A program made the position numbers and the translations under genes. Shown here piece by piece: positions 39,201 to 48,357 of a stretch of 64,000 bases of DNA (the stretch's first letter is position 1; the number at the start of each line of letters is the position of its first letter). The DNA comes from Phoronis australis (taxonomy: Eukaryota > Animalia > Phoronida): NCBI GenBank assembly GCA_002633005.1, contig NMRA01000201.1, forward strand, positions 580,459 through 644,458. Reading direction: 5' to 3'. The notes under the pieces are model-generated. The model worked only from the letters and a program-made list of their open reading frames with translations, had not been told where the DNA came from and did no database searches.

Positions 39201-41321
39201 GCAAGCTATCTTCATGTCGCGTGGAGGGGTTTTCAAGACATTTCGAGCAGCCTGACCTACAAAGTTCGTATTTTAAAGGGAAACGCAGAATTCCAATCGT
39301 GGGTAGATGTTGGTCCTCGAACTGATTTCCGTTTTTCCAATCTTTCACTCACAGAGAACGTGTGCTACAAAGCCAACGTGCAAGCCTATAATCTAGAGGA
39401 TTTGTCGAGCACAGTCGTGAGCAGTGAAGCTTGCGTTGACAGCACTGCGCCAGGATTGACCGGTAAGTAAATAATTTAGAACCAAAAAACAAGTGCGATT
39501 GTTTTAATATTTTCGTGGTGTTTTTTTCTCAAAGCCTACTAAAATATTCTTAAAATGTTTCTTTGAAGGATGATTTAACAAATATCAAGTTCCGAAATCA
39601 ATAGGTCTGCAAAGATAGTTACATGTATACAGCAACAACAACAACAGTTTATTTGTTCGAAATTCAGCACCTTGTAATGACAGGTTTGGGCTTGAACTAC
39701 CAACACACACGTAGAGATGTTGATCAACACTGGGTCATAAGTTAACTTGTGGATTGCAGAAACTTGACGATCCATCATGAAAATATCTCTGTTAAAATCT
39801 CCTGGCTACATGCATGTCATTGATGACAGACTGGTGATAGTATGAATCAACGACGTAGACATTTCACTCAACTCAATCAACTTTTTGACAAAATGGGCAG
39901 TCTTAAAGGTTGATGTACATTTAGTTGGTTACTTAGCACGCTAGAACAATGTTGGCTAATTTCAATGTATCTCAGAATTAACAGCTTCACATTAAACGTT
40001 TAGATACTATGCTTTGTGCCCTGTTCTCCAAAACAGTGCTAGAAATTGTTTTGAAATGGTTCACTTTTGCACGAAGGGCTATAAAACAAAGGTGTTCGTA
40101 GCCATCTTGTCGTTGACTTGGTTGTACGAACTTGACTATTTGCATCGTTTAATATTTACGTGTATTCTTTTAACTCAAACTCAATAAATATTACTATCAA
40201 ATATAATTACTGAAAGAAAAGGACAAATTTGTTGTAAGCCTGTAAAACGGAAGATTTCAAAAATATTCGACCGCAGACTTGCCGCCTACAGGTGATACGG
40301 AATCATGTGCGAAAAGTGCGTCTGTGGTGAAAAGCCTTCTTTTGTTAAACCTATTTTATTGTAATGCTTGAGGAGCCGAAGCATAACAGCGAGACTGTTG
40401 ACGGTGACTGAATGAATGTCAGTTTGCTTCAATGAAGCATGTGCATAGTTTTGAAACATACAAGTATTCGCATGCTTGTCTAATAAACGTTGATCGCTTG
40501 AATAATTAACAAAACATAGGCAATGCAAAAAACTTAAGTAGACCATTCCATTTCCTGGAAGACAGTAGCATTGAAAAAAATCAGTCGCTGAATCTTCAAC
40601 TCATCACGGAGGTTTTTACTCAGCCAACTATGTCCAGTCTGACGGAAAAACAGACAAAACTCAACTTTTTTAGCTAAAAACTAAAAACAAATGACAGCAA
40701 TTTGAAGTTTGTTCAAGGCATGATGAAATTGCGTTTAATTGTTCCATGTTCCCATAATATTTCATTTTGCCTGGTGTAGTCACAAACAATGAGAAATTGC
40801 GTAGGCGTTGGAATTGCCAATGTTTGATATACACACACGCAAAACTTCTCATCGTCTTAACATAACGTTTCGTAGGTTCCCCTTGTGCATGTACTTGGGT
40901 CCTCGTGATGGCAATTAGTTATATTTTGTCACAGTTTGAAGTGAGTGAGACAGGCCATAATTCTTACGTTTGCTATTTGTATGAATTACGTCACACCTAC
41001 GCACACATTTCTTGTATAAGTGTCAAATATTATTATGTATTTTTAGGCCAACAACCCCAAATTAGTCGCACCGGAAGTGATTTGAAGATCAACTGGTATC
41101 CTACTTTTGTGCACGACGTCACTCTGTGGTACGTGGTGTGCATAGGTTTCTCGGAAGGTGCCTGTGACGTACTTCAGCCGCTAGAAACGACGCAGTCTTT
41201 CGTAACATTGAATATCAACGAAAGGGGCCTGTCTCCTGGAAAAGAAATCTTCGGTGTCATTACAGCAGTGAAACCCTCAGGCATGTTCAAACTTACAAAG
41301 TTTTCTACCAATTTGCAGTAG
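6163..41321 (+). CDS. Giant uncharacterised extracellular protein (at least 3,359 aa): EMI-like end, EGF/Cys-rich modules, WSC domain, more than 20 FN3/Ig-like repeats; 5'-partial
   Basis: Exons 6163-6248, 6832-6930, 8266-8400, 9690-9809, 15130-15399, 16384-16653, 20843-20981, 22529-23690, 24550-25732, 26213-27624, 29218-29926, 31456-31572, 32557-32855, 32964-33219, 33590-33776, 33922-35516, 37394-38629, 38932-39462, 41047-41321(TAG). All junctions are AG/GT with matching phases; total 10,081 nt (1 nt plus 3,360 codons including the stop). A recurring motif D-x-T/S-PP..G-x-V...W-x-GF-x-D-x-x-SG-I-x-x-Y...IG-T marks the repeats. Confidence 0.88.
6832..6930 (+). CDS. Exon: EGF-like domain
   Basis: tgtag|ca ... 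aatg|gtagg, phase 1-1; PLCFGSFSCPNGGTCHGKDYCMCKDGFYPPKCN has EGF six-Cys spacing. Confidence 0.85.
7500..8010 (-). mobile_element. 3' fragment of a second Tx1/L1-like LINE
   Basis: Minus-strand DSDFCTCNNERETTDTLFVHC resembles the LINE C-terminal zinc finger (C..C....ET..HLF..C). Confidence 0.65.
8266..8400 (+). CDS. Exon: Cys-rich module
   Basis: cgtag|ct ... ttgc|gtaagt, phase 1-1; ACPVNEIPYCAKMTCDYAQLNKKCTECQ...YLLTGNRCL. Confidence 0.8.
9690..9809 (+). CDS. Exon: EGF-like module
   Basis: ctcag|aa ... caat|gtaatt, phase 1-1; QKCSWLSSTRCWPGTCNDRGLASSCSCSSGFKRVSGGNCQ. Confidence 0.8.
10068..10347. mobile_element. MITE of about 280 bp with an 8-bp TSD, nested in copy 1 of the long-TIR element
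   Basis: Flanked by ccgatacg and ctgatacg; homologous to 61568-61850. Confidence 0.65.
11352..14090 (-). mobile_element. 5'-truncated, degenerate CR1/L2-like LINE reverse transcriptase
   Basis: NYRPISILPTISKIIEK, VIFLDLSKAFDIIDHQILLRK, LYADDT, NWFSVNTLSINKSKSKLMIF; 3' tail GTGTTCTCTCTC present twice at about 11352-11385. Confidence 0.88.
16384..16653 (+). CDS. Exon: WSC carbohydrate-binding domain
   Basis: GQCFQDSNVRVLP...STVETCVAACHARGFKYAGPQYYEQCFCGN...QSECNTKCRGSEDMCGGSWRLSIY is the canonical eight-Cys WSC pattern; 270 nt, phase 1-1. An alternative in-frame acceptor 9 nt downstream is possible. Confidence 0.9.
17012..17230 (+). repeat. Dispersed repeat family (other copies at about 39995-40090 and 58735-58825)
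   Basis: Shared core resembling atactatgctttgtgcactgtcctccaaaa...gttttgaaatgttccacttttgcacgaagggct; this copy starts at a TTAA. Confidence 0.6.
17690..17845. repeat. Short GC-rich tandem duplication with hairpin cores
   Basis: ggggctatagcccccacttctttcagtgct is repeated as ggggctttagcccccactttttttcagtgct. Confidence 0.65.
17884..18691. mobile_element. Non-autonomous TIR element with a 6-bp TSD (ATAGAG) and TAY...RTA termini, IS3EU-like
   Basis: Left tatagaacgccactagcgtcacgtacttgtgacg versus right cgtcacaaggtgacactaggggcgttccgta; ATAGAG at 17878-17883 and 18692-18697. Confidence 0.75.
22529..27624 (+). CDS. Three large exons (22529-23690, 24550-25732, 26213-27624) of FN3/Ig-like repeats
   Basis: ORFs of 424, 390 and 486 aa with motifs such as WHGFVDHESGVEFY, FNAMDSHSGLHEVKWKLGT and DSTPP; phase-consistent splice sites. 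Confidence 0.9.
29218..41321 (+). CDS. Exons 11-19: further FN3/Ig-like repeats and the stop codon
   Basis: Motifs WFGFEDSESGIARY, WMGFQDPQSGIHRF, WSGFVDPHSGIKRY, WKATDPESG; the last exon ends KFSTNLQ* with no hydrophobic anchor. Confidence 0.9.
35635..37383. repeat. Near-identical tandem duplication of about 870 bp joined by an N (probably an allelic overlap artefact)
   Basis: 35635-36500 matches 36502-37383 apart from scattered substitutions and a small indel; n at 36501. Confidence 0.9.
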
Positions 41322-41399
41322 AATAGCGCAAGTGTTACGATGTGTTTTAGCGTAATCTCTTGGTACTAGATAAAGCAAATATACATTGCAGATTAATCA

Positions 41400-41600
41400 C
41401 TCTATCCTTCCTGTGGTGTCTCTCTCTATCGCTCCCTCTCCATTCCTCCTTCCATACCCTATCCCTCCCCCACCCCTCCTCATCCGCTCCCCATTCCCCT
41501 CCCAATCCCCTCCCCCCTTTCACTTCCTCCCTCCCTCCCACCCTCCCCCCTTTCTCTCCCCCTCCAACTTTCTCTTTGGTCCTCTCTCCCACTTTACCTA
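41400..41600. repeat. Polypyrimidine (C/T-rich) low-complexity tract downstream of the giant gene's stop codon
   Basis: About 200 nt of mostly C and T with many C3-C6 runs. Confidence 0.9.
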
Positions 41601-44600
41601 GATCCACATATCTAACCTGACCTTTGTACAGGTATGCACGTATCTTGATATATATGTGAATATACTAGCTTCAAGCAAAAAGCCTATTCTTCATTGAATT
41701 TCAATCACAACCAAACAGACAACTCCTGATACACAAAGTACGTGGTGCGCTGACATGGAAGATCACCTAATGATTTAAGAACGTTGGCTGTGTAATCACT
41801 ACAATTTGTGTTGTTGTTTAACAAGAGCCTCACGTATAAAACAAACATCTTGCAAAAACGTCTTTATAAATTACGTTTCATTCGACCGCCATTTAGGGTC
41901 AAGTTTAGATTCAACTTTAGTTAAGCTTGGGAACATATTGTTGGCGAGATACCTCAGTAAGTATAGGTGGGTGACGAAATCCAGGACTGAGCTCCTTGGA
42001 CTGCAAAGCATTTACTTGCACTTGCCACAAAAAGTCTCTTCTTATGAAGCGAATACTATGACTTCAATTTAGCAATTTAACAACCCAACCACACCGACTA
42101 ATCACTTCAATGGCCGACCTTTTTGCTAGGGTATGCTAGTAAGCTCCAGAACATACTCGCAAACCGTTAGCCTTCACTAGAGTGAGTTGATGGTTTAGGG
42201 TTGCTTTTTGGGTAACGGAAACGGAACCCTATTACGGTAACGAATACTATGAGACCGATTTCATTCGAGTCAAAGGTCAAATTCTATGTTCGTTTTTTCG
42301 TCAGCTAACCAGGGTGAAATGCAGCTTGAGTTGGAACTTCATGACTGAGAACGGGAAATTAGTGTCTCGAGCGTTGTTGTTTGAATTTGTGTTTGTGAGA
42401 TTAGTCTCTCGTCAATTCAGGTGCTATGAATTTGACAACCAAAGTGTGAAATTGAACGATAGTGTTTGGCAAATTGTGACAACCGATACTAGTATTACTA
42501 CCTGTGGTGACACAAATGACAATCTCGTTGATGTGGTAATCGGTGTTATCCACAGCAGGGTGTTTGCAAACAGAAATCTGTAAGACGAAAAAAGATAATG
42601 TGTCATGTTCTTAATGTTTCTGAGTCGAGAGCCCGATCTCGGAATCATTTTAACATTCTACAGTAGTTTTCAGAATAATCTAGACTTCGACAGAACTACA
42701 TGTATGTCAAACTCTGCCATGCCAACGTTGGCTAAAATTTTTCGTAGTTTAGTGACGTTTCGTTGCTCAATGTGTATGTGAATAGACATGTACATTAGGT
42801 TTTGTCAAATTCGACAAACTGCGTGAAAAAACACCGGACCTGTCGCTATTCAGTGACTGGATAAAAAGGACATAAATTATGTACATGTAGGTGATGTCCC
42901 CTTCGTTTAGTAACCAACCAACACATTCCATACCTTCCTCTGGTTGGTATGGAATTCATCACCGTGTGGAGAGCTTTTAATATCTAAATGGTAACCACTA
43001 GCTTTTCCCTGTCTCTGTGATCAGCACACCTTTCACTGTAGCTTTTGGTAGGTTGATAAAAGACAACTATAATTTCAGAATAATCATTCCGGCCAGTGAC
43101 CACCAGGTGGTTTGGCTTCCAGCTGAGTGGTTGCAATTCAAGTAAAGTGAACATCTAGCAGGTTTTTTGACATAAATGTGTTGTACTGTGCTCTTTGTTG
43201 GTTTCAAGCCAAGTTATGTTAACATGTAACTAGTTCATTTCTTTCCATGTAAGATTCTGATAGGACTCGTAAATATTTCGGTACACACGCACACACACAA
43301 ACACGCAAACACACACACGCGTTTTTAATTCCCTGCGGGATGTTAGCTCTTGTATTTTTCACGCTTACTTTAGTCAAGGGCCATTTGCGTCAGCCGTACA
43401 CGGCCCACTGTCATTTTCACTGCACTCAGCGACGACAAAACAGCTGATGAGGTCGCCGCCTCGATTTTGTTCAGCTTTGACTGACAGCCTTTGTTAGGAC
43501 TTGGTAATCAAATCACAAACACGTAAAGATTTTGCTGTTTTATGACACTTATGAAAGGTAATGACTCCAAGAAACAAATCCTTTCGAAAATTAACCTTCA
43601 AGGTGTGTTTTACCAGCCGCATAACTGATTGTTTCCCTTTAAGTAAGATGGCATAGCATATTAGTTTTCGACCTATAAAACACTGGACATGAACGATTTC
43701 ATGTAAGGTGCAGTCACGTTTTATGTTTCTGTGACCACTGAAGTAACAAAGACGTTTGGTAATCAGTATCACGAAGACCGAACACCAAAGAAAACCTGGC
43801 GAATAGTTTTGAGAATATACTACAACTTTAAACTAACCAAGACTGGTTCCTCATAATAAAAACGTAACTTCATGTTGCAGCCAGTCGAACTGGGGCAAGA
43901 AACTAAAGTATAGTCTCAATGTCTGCGGAACAATTTAGGATACATATAAGACAGTAGAGCAACTCAAATTCCCCTTTTCTGAGCGACAACGTGATGCATT
44001 ACGCTTTGCCGAGCTAGGTGGCGATATGGTATTTGTTGGACAGCGTTTTGTACTCTGGCATAAATATAATGAAATAGAATATTTCCCAGGTTTTTCATTA
44101 ATTCTTTGTGACCATCATACCGTCAAATTACCACTGTTGTAGAACACCATCTTTCCTGGATAAAGCATGTTCACGAATCTTCTTACAGAAACTGCGGAAC
44201 TGCTGGCGTTCTTTCAATATTGAAACACTGTTCCCCCCCTCACGCAATCCTGATCATATACAATGCCAATAACATACATGTGTATACTGTGCCCTGGACA
44301 TTAATAATTTTGGGAGGGCAGTGATATCAAAGAGAGCACAGTGACATATGTAGACGGGTGATTAGTGGTAAGAATCAATTGGAAGTACTTGCTTTCAGAG
44401 TATTTTGAAATGTGCACGAGTAAGTGCTCCCCAATCCTTGTACACAAAAGCGACACATCACGGCAGGCTAGGTGTTTCGAATCCTTTAGTAGAACGGCAA
44501 TGTAAGCCACGATGAGCAGCTGAAACCAAGCGACTGAAAGCACGTTGTTTCATAATATTTTTCAATTTGTCAAACACCCGCTCCTCCAAACCTTATACAT

Positions 44601-44923
44601 TCTACAATAGCTACAAATCACGGCAAATATTTCGAACCCATTGTTTCAGTCACTTAAGATGCTATAGTTAGCGTCAAGGTTGCGGGCATATACGACAAGT
44701 GATAAACGTCCCGGTGAATTCCATTGATCCTTAATTTTGAGAAAGTCATCGCGAAAACCCCTGGAGTCCTGGACACGCCCAGCCGGCCACAACTCTCGAG
44801 AAACACAGTATCAATTTACCTGACCGTACTTGACTCATATACATGTAGTACTATAATTACAGTTCACATAAACGGTTTAAGTTGCAACAAACGGCGGGGC
44901 CCACTACCGTCACGACTGCAATG

Positions 44924-47900
44924 TTAAAGTGACACCAGTGTGCAATTCAGTTCGTCACTTTTATCATAACAATCCATGAAACCATCACAAAGAAGTTCCT
45001 TCTCTATGCAAGCCCTAGTAGTAGAGCAAGTGAATTCATGCAACTCGTCGCAGATGAAAATTGGGATAGGACAGTGAAGCTCGTCGCTGTTGTCATAACA
45101 ATCGCTTTCCCCGTCGCATTTGCGTTTGGAACTAATACAAGCACCGTAATCACAACGGAAGGAATCATTTCTGCAGTGGGTATCGGTGCAATTTCTTTCG
45201 TCACTGCTATCGGCACAGTCAGGAATACCGTCGCAAATCTGCACGCCCAGAGAACAACGGCCATCCTCGCATTTATACATTTTGTCACCTAAGGGACATT
45301 CTGCAGCTGAGCATACCTTCTCGTCACTGCCGTCTGGGCAGTCGTTCTCTAAGTCACAAACATACTCCTCCCAAATACACAGTGATGTGCTGGGGCACAG
45401 CCAACTATATTCATCACACTGCGTGCAGTTGCTCTCATCGCTTCCATCCACACAGTCCCGCGTTCCATCACACACTCTCATGCTTCTTAGCGGAATGCAC
45501 TGCCCATTCGCACACTCGTGCATTTCCGGTGGACATATGCGCTGCGTCGTCCCAGCAACACCATTCGTCGCTGTCGTGTAGAATTCTAGGTCTAGGGAAG
45601 TCGTCACATCCGGGTTTCTGTCTTGAAGCGAATTGTCTTGGGATACTTGTTCACTGCGTGTTGGATTGGTAGTTATTGTAGCTTTACTGCCTAGTGAAAA
45701 CGTACAAAGTTTTTGTCAGCATTACGAGCATAGGAAGTCGAGAGGGGTTCAACTACAATTTGCAAAATGCAAACGTTAGAGAAAACTCCAAGAAAGACGC
45801 CTCGATATCGCGAATCAATGAGTAATGTTATGATTATAGCAAATCTTCTAAAATACCATTCGTTGATGTAAGCCTAAACCCAGGGCAGCTGAAGAGATTT
45901 TATAAAACCATTCCCAAGCCTCCTATCTTTCAAGTCCATGGCTACGTCAGGGGGCAACGGTAACTTTGGATCAAATCCTTTTCCAGGTGTTCAAAAGTCA
46001 TTTTCAGCAAAGTTCCCAAGAATAAACTTGCACGTTTAGTAAGAATCTTAGTTTATAAGTTAGAAAAAACAACCCTCAAATACTTCGCTAGTCACGTAGG
46101 TGCAGTGTGATCAGAACAGCCAACGAAAGGACAGAAACGTGTTGTATCTTTGATATTTTTAAGATGACTGCTTCCTGAATCATTTTGTGCTTATTAAACC
46201 AAACAGGAAATTTGTGCCAGCTGTGATGAATTAATGAGTTGATGCTGAGCCTTGTAGTTGTCACTTCTGTTTCACAGTGTTCAAAGAAAGAGGCACATGC
46301 TACCAGAAAACGATGTGGGTTACAACTTTGAGACAGCCACAAAAACAATAGGAAATATTAAAAAACACAGTCACTCTTCCGTTATCTTCAAACGACCGGA
46401 CACAGATGTGATGGTTTTGGGTTCCCTTTTAGCTCATGCAGCAAGCATTTCTGCATCACTCAAGATGTTAGGACAAGCACAGAAGCCGGAGTACTCGATT
46501 AAAGTTCAATCAGTTTTACTCATGGCCGTGGCTCAAGCATTGCTTGGTTTACAAATATTAACAAGAACGGTGACTCAGTTAGAGTTTTCAAAGGTAAAGC
46601 AATCTCAAAACTGCAGATGCTGTAATAATACATGTACACGTATAGTCCTGCCGTAGTTGGGTTCAATATTTGAGTTACCTGATCAACTCATGGAGGGCAC
46701 CGTACTCTTTTTATGTAAGCTCTATGGTGTCTCGTTATCTACAGTTGACGAAGCACGCTACCACATATTCAGGTTGACATCGGCTGTAGAATCACTGTTA
46801 CCTACTGGCTCCTGCTAAAAATATTTTTCTTTGAACAACATTTTCAACTAATTTCATAATATTCAGCACTTTTCTCACCGAGTAACTTCCAATGAACAAA
46901 ACAAAATTACTTCAAATTCTCATTTACAGTTTAGTTTTTCTACGTGCCATTGTTTTCTAGTCAATGGGCTTCTTTGCCAAGTTTGGCAAAATGTCAAATT
47001 TCTCGAAACGTGCAAGCAAAACCCTGGGAACATTTTAGATTATTAAAATATGTCACTTAATGACACCAAAACCGTCAAAATTATATTGCCCCCACTAACA
47101 ACCACCCCCCATCCCCCATGTACATGTAGCCGCCGAAGGCAGTTCCTAAGCTTCCTAGAGTTTAGTGGAGTATGGACTAAAAGATTGAGTACGACTCATT
47201 TGAAGGTTCTTCTGAAATGTTTCGTTTAATTTCAATTCTCTCGATTTGATCACTTTGGCCACACCAAACAAACCTGACCACCATTCGTTCAATGCATTAA
47301 GTGAGTGTGTAGATGGCGATGGCAAAGCAAAAAGCAATATAGGCCTAAGCACCTTCACCCAGTAACAAAAGAGGCCCACATTCAGTAATTCTTTTTCGGG
47401 AAGTTAGTGATCGTCTTGACCGGGTCAATATATCTTTTACATGTTTTTAATTTGTCCGTTATAATTCAGCACGATAATTTCTGATACATCAATGCTAAGG
47501 TTTATTCCCAAAAGGCAACTAGGAAATTGGCCAAGAAATTTGAACTCAGACGTCAATTACTAAAGTTGTTTGAGACAATCTATACACACCTTGTCTGTCT
47601 CATGTTTCGCTTGAGCTCTGAGAATTTATGAAAATGTAGTTCTTTCTATACGTTGTTGCTGTTAGTTAAGCATTAGCAGAAAGGGCTTATTTGCAAGTGC
47701 CTTTAGACGGTGTGTGCTGTAAACATTGCCCAATCCCAGATATGTTATCTCAAGGATCTACAGATAGAAGCTTTTGCTCTCGATTAATGTTCTTTTAATT
47801 ATTTTTTGTGTTTCACTATGGCTTCCTTTTCTCAAGCGCCCCTGTCCCTGTTTCTTTGCCTATCTCGATCACCACGATGTCGCCCTGGCGCTTGTCAAAT

Positions 47901-48357
47901 GGAAATACACGGACTTTGCCGGCAACCAGTTCCCTACGGTCATGAAATTTACTGAAACATTTATAAAAAAAATTGTCAACATACCCTCGTGCTGTACCTC
48001 CATGCCGATGGATGCACCGACGATGACAAAAGCCACAAATATTACCACTAATATGGCCACTGAAATCAAAGTGCATTTCGCCGTTGTGCTTGTGTCATCA
48101 GAATGCGTTTCGTTCGAGGTTTCCGTAGCTGAGAACTTTACATTAACTTCACAAATGCCGTTCTTCAAACAGTTTCTTGCTGTTGGCTGTAAGGTAAATG
48201 AAAACTACTGTTACAACTTTCCTTAAAATTCTTGCATCAAAGAAAGCGTATACATTTTACGTTCACAATACGTTCATTATTACGATGATCAATTAATTCA
48301 CAAAAAATTCACCGTCATGTCAACAACTGCACAAGTTGTCCTTTCACGATGCGCCAT
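44924..48357 (-). CDS. Predicted type II membrane protein with an S/T-rich stalk and five LDL-receptor class A repeats (about 337 aa)
   Basis: Exons 48357-48313 (gtcATGG; MAHRERTTCAVVDMT|gtgaat), 48186-47985 (TM helix LISVAILVVIFVAFVIVGASIGM|gtatgt) and 45690-44924 (five repeats each with CDG..DC.D.SDE..C, then TAA). Phases 0 and 1 match. The LDLa exon is secure; the join to the upstream exons is inferred. Confidence 0.75.
45932..47135 (+). mobile_element. Internally deleted Academ-like (XPG-nuclease type) DNA transposon remnant in intron 2 of the LDLa gene
   Basis: Decayed peptides CSKKEAH (compare HEEAD), KRPDTDVMVL, QALLGLQ, LFLCKLYG...VDEARYHIF...ESLLPT; imperfect long TIRs (gttcccaagaataaacttgcacgttt versus aaacgtgcaagcaaaaccctgggaac; gggggcaa versus ttgccccc). 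Superfamily assignment rests on recalled motifs. Confidence 0.65.

Noticed and set aside
41347-41620. Pro-rich and Gly/Glu-rich ORFs
   Set aside because: They come from the C/T low-complexity tract and have no splice support.
45004-45672. Overlapping alternative-frame and antisense ORFs over the LDLa exon
   Set aside because: Shadow ORFs of the real Cys-rich frame.
47816-47933. Possible extra LDLa-gene exon after a 50-nt intron
   Set aside because: The in-frame reading hits TGA at 47869 and the donor is weak; direct splicing from 47985 to 45690 already fits the phase.
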